Shown here: piece by piece, positions 1 through 10,550 of the stretch
Numbering within the stretch: position 1 is the stretch's first letter
Layout: every line of letters begins with the position of its first letter
Assembly: GCA_965644495.1 (NCBI GenBank)
Contig: CBFFSA010000001.1
Location: 620,001-684,000 of the forward strand
Length of the DNA: 64,000 bases
Origin: Perkinsela sp. CCAP 1560/9
Lineage: Eukaryota > Protista > Euglenozoa: Kinetoplastea
Reading direction: 5' to 3'
The notes under the pieces: generated by a model
Seen by the model: the letters and a program-made list of their open reading frames with translations, nothing else
Told to the model about the DNA's origin: nothing
The model's database searches: none
Made by a program: the position numbers and the translations under genes

Positions 1-289
1 TTAATCCAAGAGCACTCTATTAGATTAATTTAATCTAATAGATTTAATCTGATTAAATTCAGTGGCCAGATATCGCTACACACTACTAACGAGGAACTAT
101 TAAAATATAATTAAAAAGTGGAAATCCGTCGCTAATGTATAAGACGGGATGCGGGTCACGGGTAAGCTAAATTTTACAAGTTTGGCAGACCTTTACCGTC
201 ACCTTCGTAAAATACAAGAAGCTAAAAGGTTCAGGATTGATAAATATGCATTATAGCACTAAAGCTCCCATTCTTCGTCTAAGAGCAGA

Positions 290-2758
290 TTAACGGCGAG
301 ACGCCCTGTCTACCTTCCGGTAGTGATCGAGTTTGTACCAGTACTGTGCATGTCCCTTTGTAAGGCGTCGCAGTCGCGCTGAATACTGAGTCAAATTTCG
401 CATCGCCACAATCGCCTCCACGGTGTCCCCGTTCTCTTGCTCAAGAACGGAAACGGCACCCATCTGTGTGAGATCCTTCATGACGTCCCCGAGGTAGCCA
501 ATGTCGGCTAAAAGCACTTCTAGAAGCATGTAGGGTTCAACAAGAATCATCTCACGTTTACGTAAGAGCGTAGAGACGAAGCGACCCACGGCGGTCTCGA
601 TTTCACCGGGTGACACGCTTGCTGTGGTCAGAGGGATCACCCTGGTGAATGTGAGCCGCGCCCCCACCAACTCGACATGGAGTCGCGGGCTATTGGCCAG
701 AGCGTGCCGCGCCGCACGCGTGAGCGACGGCAGCACCGCCTGCAGCTGCGCCAGCCCTCTCTCCACCGCCTTCGTGGCCTCAAACCGATCCATTTGCCTC
801 ATCTTCTCCCGCACCATCGCCTCCCGGTCAATCTCAATCTCAATCTCACACGCCCTCGCCTCAATCTCCCCCTCCCTCCCCTCCCTCCTCCTCGGCTCCA
901 ACCGCGCCCCCAGCTCCACCACCCCCTGCCCCCTCTCCGCCTCCACCACCACCTCCCCCCCCACCTCCACCCCCTCCCCCGGGCTCTCCCGCAGCTCCAC
1001 CCTCGCGGGCAGCGCCCGACACCCCACCCCGAACCCCCGCCGCACCCGCGCCAGCCCCACCTCCACGTGCAGCTCCCCCATCCCCTGCAGCACCACCTCC
1101 CCCGCCGCGGTCTCGTTCACCCGCAGACTCGGGTCCTCGCGGCACAGCACGCGCAGGGCGTGCAGCAGCCGCGGGACCTCCCCGGCGTCCGCGGGCTCCA
1201 CCGCGACCCCCACCACGGGGGCCGGGACCGCGACCCCGGGGAGGGTGAACGGGTCGTGTTGGGCGAACGGGGCCGAGACCCAGGTGTCGCCGGTGTGGGC
1301 GGTGGTGGAGTAGGCGGCCCCGAGGGCGCCGGGGGGGATGGCGCCCACGGGGGTGAGCGCGTCGGCGTGGATGCGGAAGACCCGGGGGAGGGTCTCGGGG
1401 GCGTGCCGTGTGGTGTTGTGGTAGGGGGTGCGGGGGCGGAGGGTGCCGGTGTAGACCCGGAAGAGGGCGAGGAGGGGGGAGGGGGTGCGGGGGGAGGGGG
1501 TCCCGGGGGAGGGGGTCCCGGGGGAGGGGGTCCGGTAAATGACTTTGAAGACGAGGGCGACGGTGGGGGGGGGACGAGAGGGGGGTGGGGGTGTAGGGGG
1601 GAGGGGGGAGAGGGTAAGGGATTTGCCGTGGGAGGTGAGGACGGTGAGGGGGGGTTTGTCGAGGGGACTGGGGAGGTAGTGGACAATGGCGTCGAGGAGG
1701 GGTTGGATACCTTGATCGCGGCGAGCGGCGCCGACGAGGAGGGGGAGGTATTGGGGGAGGGAGGGGTCTTTGGGGAGGTTTTGGCATTGTGCTCGGATGG
1801 CCTTGATAATGGGTTCCACGGGGAAGGAAAGTTTACAATCTTCCTCGGACTGTGAGGAGGTCTCAATGTAGGCGAGAAATTCCTCAAGTAGCGTGGAATC
1901 GCGTTGAAGCAACTCATTCAGCAAAGCGGATCGCCCCGCCTTGGCGCGTTGCTGCACCTCGTCCCCTTCTTTCCAGATCGATTCTTTCTGCATGACAGTG
2001 CCTCGAGGATCCTTCCACCGTATGGTCTGTAATTCTAAGAAATCAATAACCCCCTCAAACCCCGCGTAGCCATCGCTGAGAGGACACTGCAATGGCGCGG
2101 GACACACCGCAAGCTTTTTCTCAATACTCGAAACGGCTTTAATAAAGTCCGAATTCGGCTTGTCCATTTTGTTAATAAACGCAACCACGGGTATCCCATA
2201 TTTCCGTGCCTGTCGTAACACCGTGTGGCTTTGTCCCTGCACCCCGACGGCGCCATCAAAGACTGCTACAACCCCATCGAGAACGCGAAGGCTGCGCTCT
2301 ACCTCCACCGTAAAGTCCACGTGTCCCGGGGTATCGATGACATTGATTGTGTGGTCTTTCCAGGGGAGAGTAACCGCCGCAGCGGTGATCGTAATCCCTC
2401 GCTCCGCCTCCTCCTCGAGGTAATCTGTCGTGGTACTTCCCTTGTCCACCTCACCGATGCGCTGTTGCACGCCGGAGTAGTATAACATGCGCTCCGTGGC
2501 GGTCGTCTTCCCTGCATCGATGTGCGCTACAACCCCAATGTTGCGGACACGACGAATATCATACGCGGGTGACTTTGTAGACTTTTGTAGCAGTGGAGCG
2601 CGGGTAGTGCTGAATCGACGCCTGCTGAACGGCCAAGCCGTGAGAAAGTGACGTGCGCGAAATGTTGTGGAGATGTGAGAGGTGCGTATTCCCGTGTGCA
2701 GAAAGAAATCAAGATATTCCTTAGGACTTGTATGAACTCGAGTACATGCCTGCCGCAT
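290..2758 (-). CDS. GFM2: Mitochondrial elongation factor G2 / ribosome-releasing factor 2
   Basis: GTPase motifs AHIDAGKTT, ERGITI, DTPGHVDF, NKMD; EDPSL..GMGELH and C-terminal LVEPYM. Arg/Ser-rich N-terminus. First ATG at 2758 (ORF track starts at a GTG). EF-G2 rather than EF-G1 is judged from divergence. Confidence 0.85.
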   Translation of the reverse strand: MRQACTRVHTSPKEYLDFFLHTGIRTSHISTTFRARHFLTAWPFSRRRFSTTRAPLLQKSTKSPAYDIRRVRNIGVVAHIDAGKTTATERMLYYSGVQQRIGEVDKGSTTTDYLEEEAERGITITAAAVTLPWKDHTINVIDTPGHVDFTVEVERSLRVLDGVVAVFDGAVGVQGQSHTVLRQARKYGIPVVAFINKMDKPNSDFIKAVSSIEKKLAVCPAPLQCPLSDGYAGFEGVIDFLELQTIRWKDPRGTVMQKESIWKEGDEVQQRAKAGRSALLNELLQRDSTLLEEFLAYIETSSQSEEDCKLSFPVEPIIKAIRAQCQNLPKDPSLPQYLPLLVGAARRDQGIQPLLDAIVHYLPSPLDKPPLTVLTSHGKSLTLSPLPPTPPPPSRPPPTVALVFKVIYRTPSPGTPSPGTPSPRTPSPLLALFRVYTGTLRPRTPYHNTTRHAPETLPRVFRIHADALTPVGAIPPGALGAAYSTTAHTGDTWVSAPFAQHDPFTLPGVAVPAPVVGVAVEPADAGEVPRLLHALRVLCREDPSLRVNETAAGEVVLQGMGELHVEVGLARVRRGFGVGCRALPARVELRESPGEGVEVGGEVVVEAERGQGVVELGARLEPRRREGREGEIEARACEIEIEIDREAMVREKMRQMDRFEATKAVERGLAQLQAVLPSLTRAARHALANSPRLHVELVGARLTFTRVIPLTTASVSPGEIETAVGRFVSTLLRKREMILVEPYMLLEVLLADIGYLGDVMKDLTQMGAVSVLEQENGDTVEAIVAMRNLTQYSARLRRLTKGHAQYWYKLDHYRKVDRASRR

Positions 2759-2884
2759 GCGACTAAAGCTTTCGCTTTCCACCTTTATCCATACTTGACC
2801 GTATATTCATAGAAATAAACTCTAGCGACCGCTTCTCATTAGTTTCCTCCACAACAAAGCTAAGCTTTAGTGTAAGTTTGATTA

Positions 2885-3980
2885 CTCCCCCCTTCATTAA
2901 TTTCTATAAATGCCTTACCGAAGTTTTAGAAGAAAAAATTATAGATTTGTGAAAATTTATATTTTTGCTCGGAAGTCAACTTTTGCGACAGTTCTTTTCG
3001 GAACTATGTCTATCTTGGATCAAGACGAGGACGAAGCTCATGAAACTTTCGCTCCGCAAAGTGCTGATCAACCTTTTGCACTCTGAAATTATAACCAGTG
3101 CACATCTGTTTCACAGCAGCGGTTTTTTGTTTGTCGTATCCACCACCCAAGCCAAAAATTATTCGCTAAAATTCATTCAATTAATCGCTAAAGGGATTCA
3201 ATTAATCGCTGAAATTCATGGCACAAAAATTATTGCATTTTTAATTAAAAGTTGTCAAGTTTTTTAGAAACATTTTTTTATTTGTTTGGTCAATTTTTAA
3301 ATTTCTCATGAGGTCTGATCTTGGCAACCACGTTTTAGAGAAGAGTGTCTTAGAGAAGATTTTACACAAGAATTCTAATTTTATGAGAGGATTTGACGCA
3401 GGAGGAGCGAGATTGGTTTTATGTCAACACCCGGTCGTGAGATCATGCGAGATCACACCCGCATCCCATCGCTTAATGACCACTTAATAACCTGCCCTTC
3501 GCAACGCATTTGACAAGAGTAGAGAGATGCAAACCACCGTCCGGGTTATACCTAGGGACACCTATTGTACTTTCTAAGGATAATAATTTTTTGGTAAAAA
3601 GCAACTTTCTTCCCCGTGAAAATTCTTGAATCTTTTTGGGAGGAAAAAAACCCTTTTGACCTAATTTTGGGGTTTTCCGCCCCTCTACTAACAAATTCTA
3701 TTGTTTGTCGATATGTACAAATTTCTACGAAAATTATTGGCACAAAAATTATTGATTTTTTAATTAAAAGTTGCAGAGCTTCGCCAATAATTAAAAACTC
3801 AATAATATTAGTCGGCAGCACCCGGGAGGCCCGCAAAAATATGTTCGAACGTCCACCCAGCAAAGTAACCGACCAAAGAGAATACCCCACTTCATTAATT
3901 TCTATAAATATAAATATACATGTATATAAATTTGATTTTTTGTTATAATTAATATTTATAGAAATTAATGGAGGGGGGAG
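2885..3980. mobile_element. Non-autonomous Tc1/mariner (Stowaway-like) element
   Basis: TIRs CTCCCCCCTTCATTAATTTCTATAAAT at 2885 and its near-perfect reverse complement ending 3980, both flanked by TA; an extra TIR-like copy at ~3885. Confidence 0.8.
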
Positions 3981-4754
3981 TAATCTAATGTGATTTGTAA
4001 TTACTTTTCTAGACGTTTCGTTAAACGCGGTGGTTCTTCCCAACTTTCTCTTTTTTTCTTTTCTTGCAAATCCATTACTTCTTTTCTTATTAGCACATCT
4101 ACACCTGTAGCCACATACTCAACTTTTTCGTCGTTTCCCCCGCACGATGTACAGGAAAAGTTGAAGTTGGCTACGATGTTCCTCCGAGTAAATTGATTAA
4201 ACAAACGACTCTCCAAGTTAACCAGTTCCACGGTGATAAGTGTATGCCGATCGCCATGCGAGGTCTCCATCGATCTTAATATCCTCATTGAGACTCTGGT
4301 TCTCATCTCAAAGCACCGATCTGAATGTGGCCGATCTGAAAACGAACACCAACATGGCTGAGGGAGCATGGTACACTGCTCCGTCCGGACGGTTACATTA
4401 AACTTCATAATGGGGCAGAGTTCCTCGTCTAGCTTACAGTTCCATTGGGAAGAGAATGCGGAGAACGCTCATCGAAGAAAATCCGAGTACAACGTCTTTT
4501 TACATACACGGCGACAGGAAAACCCGGATACCTACATAACAGTCTTTGAAATACGTGCCCCGGGATTTCCCAATGGGTCATGCAAGTACATCAACGACAT
4601 CTTTAAAGGCGATCATATTTTGGCCACAAAGTGTCGTCAGGGGGAGTTATACAGTATACTCTGGACTCATCGAAATGAGAAGACATGGTCGGAAGAGGAA
4701 ACGTATTGGCAAGGGGACAACCCCATTGAATGCGGGTCATACCTCCGATTTATT

Positions 4755-5039
4755 CTACTGAAAAGTATGAAAAAATATGAGGCTCTGGGTAGTCACCCCC
4801 ATGGCCATCAAAAAGTGGGAGAGACATCCGTTCTCGTCGGACGCGCGGGTCCGGGCCACCTTGTTCAGGAAGTTCAAGGCCTCTGGGCCCGACACCCCAT
4901 AAGTGGTGAAGGCCAGGGGGTAGAAGTCCATCCCTCTGACGGGCGCCATCTCTTCTTGAGAGCACCATTTATTGACCTCCACCACTCTTAGCGTGTGGGA
5001 TGGCGCCGCTACCTCCTTGTTCACATAAGATGGGGCCAT
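4755..5039 (-). pseudogene. Relic of the restriction-like endonuclease C-terminus of a CRE/SLACS-type non-LTR retrotransposon
   Basis: APSY...AA...K...FYPLAFTTYGVSGPEALNFLNKVA resembles the CRE-clade RLE tail (F-x-P-x-x-x-x-T-x-G-x-x-G-x-x-A-x-x-F-L). Confidence 0.55.
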
Positions 5040-6012
5040 TGAAGGATATAATTTCTTCGTCTAGAGCGCATTCTCCGTACCCACGTTTGGAAAATAAAGA
5101 TTTTTTTTGCGCTACGCGTAGCACTATCGCAGTCGTTTGGCGTCAGGTTGATGATTTGCCGGCGCGTGATTGCCGGATTATCTGGGAATGACGTGGAGAT
5201 CGTTACAAAAGAAGCGCTTATGCAGTTTACTATTAAACTGAAGTTGCGGTGGTTGTATAACCGCTCTACCCTCGATTATTGAAAAAAAGTGAACAAAAAC
5301 AGTGAAAATATAAAGAGGAACACAGTAATATAATAGAAGAAAGAAATATAAAGGGGGCTCCCGTGGTCCAAAATTAAAAAAAATTAAAAAAAATGGGGGG
5401 TCTAGGGGGGGGGTCTAGGGGGGGGGTCTAGGGGGGCATACGTCGGGATTTTTTTTCTCGAATTTTTTGCTTTTCAAAATCGAGCGCAGGGAAGTGGTAG
5501 AGTAGGCCGCGGCGATAATTTTCCACCCCCCCTAGTACGCGCAGGAGGGGTCCGACAAGGTCAAAATTTCCGAAATTTTTGGGGTGACCAAAATTTTTTT
5601 TTGACCCAAAAAAAAGAAAAAATAATATTTTTCCAAAATCGACTCCTAAAATGTATTTTAAGAGTTTGGGATCTTGGCTACCATTCTGCGACGTTTTTTT
5701 CGACAGATTCGCCTCTACTGGTAAGGCATCAAAAATGGACCAAATTCGGGTTGAAATTTCGAAATGTTCGCTTACAAATCGGGCTTTTCTACCTGAAAAA
5801 ATAGGCTATTCGTGATCTTTTGGCAATTTTTCTTTCTTAGTCTCTTCGTTAAACGCGGTGGTATTTTTAAGCGCCGAGATACACGTGCGTAGAATATCTC
5901 CTTTTGTACTTACAAGAAGATTATATTTGCAATAAGATGCAATTGCACAAATGTTTAATTGAAATTACTTTAATTCAACAACATTTGTACTCTGGTATTG
6001 AAAATGGTTGAG

Positions 6013-6618
6013 CTAAGCAGGAAGGTCCGCTTTGCGAAAGGCTCCCTCGAGTTCATCGTTGAAACTAAGGTCTAGCATGTTCAGGGTAAGTGGCAAATCT
6101 TCGAAATGGAGTGTCTCAGAAAATTCATTCTTGTCAAGCCAAAGCTCAGTCATACCTCTCGGAAGAAAAGCGAAATCTAAACACCCGGAAAGCAGATTAG
6201 AAGATACGCTGAAGGTCGTCAGAGTTTGGGGCGCACGTTCAAATTCAAGTTTACCACTAAAATGATTGTGATTCAAATATGCATCACACAACCCTGGGGG
6301 TAATTGTTGAAGCGGAACAGTTCCCGTTAGGAAGTTATCTTGAAGATAGAGATACTGCAGGGTGACTGGAAGATACGTCCATTGCAGTGTCCCATGAAGC
6401 GACTGTCGTCCCAATGCAATGGAATACACATCGTCATCCTTCGTACATCGGACGTACATCATATCACATAGGGGGTCAGTCACGGACCATTTGAATGTAT
6501 TCGACGTAATGTTCTGAAGAAAGCGATCAAACAAAAGCTCTGGTGACATGGAGGCCATACTGATCCTGCCTCGTCGCGTCAAAGAATCTGCAGCCACGAA
6601 GGCTCGTGAAGGAATCAT
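6013..6618 (-). CDS. Leucine-rich repeat protein (short)
   Basis: Repeats LPxxLxxLxLxxNxLTGxxxxxxLP; same family as 18279..20606. Confidence 0.85.
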   Translation of the reverse strand: MIPSRAFVAADSLTRRGRISMASMSPELLFDRFLQNITSNTFKWSVTDPLCDMMYVRCTKDDDVYSIALGRQSLHGTLQWTYLPVTLQYLYLQDNFLTGTVPLQQLPPGLCDAYLNHNHFSGKLEFERAPQTLTTFSVSSNLLSGCLDFAFLPRGMTELWLDKNEFSETLHFEDLPLTLNMLDLSFNDELEGAFRKADLPA

Positions 6619-6727
6619 TACAAAAAAGTGATTCGGTAGGTATTTACAAATGAAGAAATTGGAGAGTATTAGAACAAGAATATTAAGAAAGTATTAAGAC
6701 GATCTGAAGCAGGGTTAATACCATGTA

Positions 6728-7477
6728 CACTAGCAATCAGCTATAAGTCCCCCCCCCCTCGAATTTTGAAAAACTGATCTGTTTTTTATCATCTTTTTTT
6801 GGAACGTGTAGAGAATTTTACTTGGGTGCGTTTCCCGCCGTTTAAATATGTTTTTCGCGACTCATTAGGATCGAATTACTTTTTGAAAAAAATAGGCCGA
6901 ACAAATAATTGTTTTATAAAACTGTTCCATTTTTTGATATATTTGCCGTGTAAAAACCCGTAAATACAATAACCGCAGGAAAATGAGATTACACGAAGAC
7001 AAGCTTAATATCCAATATTCCACCCCCGCTCTCCAACACCTTGTTCATACGTTTTAAGTACTCTGAACACATTTTTTTCTCATCATACATTTTACCCATT
7101 TTCGTACCATTTTTTTCATCAACTTATATTTTTTAGAGATGGAAGTGGTGGAAGCATCGCATTTTCGTTCAATAACAAACGAAATGCGCATTGCGAACGT
7201 CGTACGCTGCGAGTTGAGGTAACTCGGCCTGTGGTTCCTCACCATGGGTATAAAACGGATAGTGTCAATCAGAAAAAGAGGGAGAATTTGACCGTACATT
7301 GGAAAATCTCATTTTTGACCAATATTTTGAGTGCTAAAAGCGTATATTAAGTTCTTACAAGAAACGAAGACCGGCAAAGATAGGCTAGGGATCAAGATCT
7401 CTCGTTGGCCGTTGGAATTAGGTCAAACGGACGAGCGACCCAAAAATAAGGGGGGGACTCATAGCTGAACGATAGTG
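6728..7477. mobile_element. Non-autonomous Tc1/mariner-type element
   Basis: Imperfect 28-bp TIRs CACTAGCAATCAGCTATAAGTCCCCCCC / CACTATCGTTCAGCTATGAGTCCCCCCC, TA on both sides; second partial copy at 37833. Confidence 0.8.
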
Positions 7478-7535
7478 TAGATATGCACTGCGAACATCAA
7501 AAAGTTATTTGTACCGGTTCACTTGGTTCTTTCGC

Positions 7536-8558
7536 TTAACAGCTAGGTTTTACCAGTGGAATCATCCGAATACATGTATGGAAATAGGGATGACTGTCAC
7601 TGTCTTGCTCCACAGATTCATTCTTCTTGTCAGTCACTTGAGAAGTGGGTGACTTTTGGCTCGCCTGCACCTCCTTCCCTTTATGGTATTTTCGGGAGGA
7701 TTGTTTCTCTTTGTCTTCTTGATCTGAGGCAAAAGTAACAGGAATTTGTGCAGGATGTTTTTCAAATATTTTCTCACATGTGCTCCATCGCACCCTCACA
7801 TCATTTAGCGGAAATCCCACCAAGGGGTGCACGAGGCTCTTAAGAAATTTCTGTGTCACCGGATCCGCTGGGTAGCCACTTCCGACAGGGACACCATATT
7901 TTTGTTCCAGTTCCCCAATCTTACGATCGCGGGTAACTTTTGCCAGAATACTCGCTGCACTCACTACGGCATATTTCGCATCCGCCTTGGAACACACAAC
8001 CACGTGTGAGGCAGGAAAATGCCTTTTAATTTTATCTCGGTACTTCTCCGGAGGTCCCACAGTATCGACATAAATCGCAGACAATACCAGCCCTTTATCA
8101 TGGAGACGTTGCAGAATGCCCAACGCGGAGTCATGGGAAACCGTGTTGAGTGAGTAGACTCCACCCCTGCTGGACATGGCCACCGAGATACGCTCCGGGG
8201 AGATCACATCGAGATCGGAAGCGAAATCCCTTGGGTTTGAACACTGCAGCGCAGTGAGTTGGTCAAAGAACAAATCCCGCTTCGCAGGGGAGAGTTGTTT
8301 ACTATCTTGTACGCCTAGTTGCTGTACCTGGGAGGCGCGTTGCAGGGAGGCTGCAAAGCCACAGTAGACCATGGGCCCCAGTGCGGGGCCTCGGCCTGCC
8401 TCATCAATGCCCACTACATGCCCGGTGGGGTCCCATCGATGAAGGCTGATAAGCGAATCCAAATCGTAGGACTCTATTGCTTCGGCCTCGGATCTGAGTT
8501 GGGGAGGAGGCAAGAGGCTTGATGTATTTGTCGAGTCTTTCGTCTGTGTACGTTTCAT
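7536..8558 (-). CDS. RNASEH2A: Ribonuclease H2 catalytic subunit A
   Basis: GIDEAGRGP, DSKQL, YVDTVG, KADAKYAVVSAASILAKVTRD, GSGYPADP motifs; ATG at 8558. Confidence 0.95.
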   Translation of the reverse strand: MKRTQTKDSTNTSSLLPPPQLRSEAEAIESYDLDSLISLHRWDPTGHVVGIDEAGRGPALGPMVYCGFAASLQRASQVQQLGVQDSKQLSPAKRDLFFDQLTALQCSNPRDFASDLDVISPERISVAMSSRGGVYSLNTVSHDSALGILQRLHDKGLVLSAIYVDTVGPPEKYRDKIKRHFPASHVVVCSKADAKYAVVSAASILAKVTRDRKIGELEQKYGVPVGSGYPADPVTQKFLKSLVHPLVGFPLNDVRVRWSTCEKIFEKHPAQIPVTFASDQEDKEKQSSRKYHKGKEVQASQKSPTSQVTDKKNESVEQDSDSHPYFHTCIRMIPLVKPSC

Positions 8559-8920
8559 TGCAATGAGAATAAGAAAAGATGAACAGTTAATAAACACTTT
8601 ACTGGCAAACGATGTAGATCATACGACACGGTTTACTTAGTTGTACCTCTCCATTCAGATTGACCTCATTCTATTGAAGTCACATTGCTTTTTAGCATCA
8701 TCTTTTTAGGAATCATTTTTCTAAAGCATTAAATCCCCCGTTTGGAATTCCCTCGATGGTGATGTGCCCTGTGTCACCGCACTTACCACACCTTTTCTTA
8801 TTCCCTCATCGGTGGTGATAAACACACGCTGAAACAGTGCTGTGGGGAGTGTAGCCCCGGGTGCCATTGGAACAACAGCGCGTGAAGAGGAATTCTCTGA
8901 TCCTTCTACAGACTCGCTGC

Positions 8921-9301
8921 TTAATGGAATAAACACTGGAGTCCCGATGCAGGGCTGTGTGGCGGAGTACTTCCCGGTGCCATGTTCCGCTGGTTGACCC
9001 GATCCTCCACCCAGCTACCCTCCATCCAGTGGTCACCTACTTTCATCAAGATCGGGTTACACCGCATCGGGGGAGTAACGCAGGGAGACTCGCTCGCGGT
9101 GTTGTGGGACCCCGACAGTGGAATCTCGGATCCGTAGAGTCCGGGAAAGACAATTTTCATGTTGCGTAGATCCACATGCTGCCCGCCGTCGGCGAGCCAT
9201 TGTGGGAAATGAAACAACGCATCAATGTATTCAAAGGCCTCTTCTTCGTGTTGTTCCTCGTCTTCTACGCGTTCGGTAGACGGTTCATCAATATTTGCCA
9301 T
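8921..9301 (-). CDS. Small acidic protein, possibly TFIIIC triple-barrel subunit (GTF3C6/Tfc7-like)
   Basis: EEEAFEYI...KIVFPGL...NPILMKVGDHWMEGSWVEDRV resembles the triple-barrel pattern; may continue by frameshift into 8721..8936. Confidence 0.4.
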   Translation of the reverse strand: MANIDEPSTERVEDEEQHEEEAFEYIDALFHFPQWLADGGQHVDLRNMKIVFPGLYGSEIPLSGSHNTASESPCVTPPMRCNPILMKVGDHWMEGSWVEDRVNQRNMAPGSTPPHSPASGLQCLFH

Positions 9302-9362
9302 GGAAAGAGACAATTTACAAAGCGAAGAATAACTTTTTGGTAACTAAAATTTTGGGGAAAAT

Positions 9363-9687
9363 ACTGTGACTCCCTTTAAACTTCGCCCAGTTTCAGTAAG
9401 AGAATGGATTTTGGATCGATATGGCCAAATCTCTCTTACTAGGGGGGGGGTATGCTTTTTTGGCCAGTTTCCTCTTTTCTCCCAACTTTTTTGACTATTT
9501 TTCTTCTGAAAACGTATTAAAACGCTTCTTTGGGTTACCCCCGAGGCCCCCAACACGCAGACACTCACCCCCTACCCCCTATATGCCTCCTATTGGGGTC
9601 GCAAGCCGAATCTCTCTTACTGGGGGTCAGCCCAAAAAGGGCCAAATCTCTCTTACTGGGGGGTACCTTACTGGGGGGTATACGGTA
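9363..9687. repeat. MITE-like fragment with repeated AATCTCTCTTACT(A/G)GGGG motifs
   Basis: Three copies at ~9428, ~9609, ~9645 plus a terminal CTTACTGGGGGGTATACGG-TA. Confidence 0.45.
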
Positions 9688-10550
9688 GTGTCTGAAATAC
9701 TCCCCTTTCGAAACAAAATGCGCCTCACGCGGAGGAATCTTTCGACCACCTGTTCTGTTGTCACTACACCAATGTACGTTCGAGTTGTGTTCTAGGGACG
9801 GACTATACCCCCCCTGCTTTTGAGTTCCCCGATTACCCTTTAAAATGATACTACACCTTGCAGCCCCATGCGGCTTTTCCCGTTTTTATCCTGCGCCGCG
9901 GTTTTTGATAAAACGGCACTGTAAGCGCTTTGGGACTTCGACGAAAATACGACAGTTGGTGGAAGAGGAACGACGTTTGTGTTTCGCACATCGAGAAGAC
10001 CCGCTAAGAAAACTGTCAAAGTTTCCTTATCGTTAGTTTCAGCTACCTTTGGCCGGCTCCCTACAGGAGCCAGGGAATTTCCTTGGATTTCACCGTCCAC
10101 CAGGACAGCGGCTTCGTCGCCGATTATTATTTATTGGTTGAGGAGAATCGGGCGTTTCTTTGGGGACAATCGGAGACGATGAATTGCGCAAGGACGAAGC
10201 AACCTCTCCAAGGCAAGGAACTGGCGCTAAGAATTTCACCCACTTAGTGAGCGATCCAGAACAGGCTGACATAGAGTAGATTAGAATTTTCTGAAAATTT
10301 GTTAAGTGCCAAAAAAATAACCGCTTCGCGAAAAGTGGGCACCCCACCACTCACCTTAGAAATAGAACTCATAAGCGTACCAGAATTGGGGGAACTCATA
10401 AGCAGGGAGGGTATAGTATTTAAAAGCGGAGAGCATTGCAGCGTCTTGTGTGCGTGGAAAATCAACCGATCTGGAAAAGGGGGTCCGGGTCTGACACATG
10501 AAGTATAAAGGCGCAAAGTACCTTGAAATTGATTCTGTTCTTTCTTTATG

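Noticed and set aside
16-42. AT-rich palindrome TCTATTAGATTAA-T-TTAATCTAATAGA
   Set aside because: Short, low complexity and at the window edge; no context to interpret it
624-1917. Long Pro/His/Gly-rich ORFs overlapping EF-G2 (similar ones over MPP-alpha and PanK)
   Set aside because: Shadow frames caused by stop-poor, C/G-skewed sequence
5395-5436. Telomeric repeat
   Set aside because: Only three irregular units, not TTAGGG, and internal
9840-10516. Possible small gene(s) between the MITE fragment and the pseudokinase
   Set aside because: Several short ORFs, mostly with non-ATG starts and no motif; cannot choose a frame
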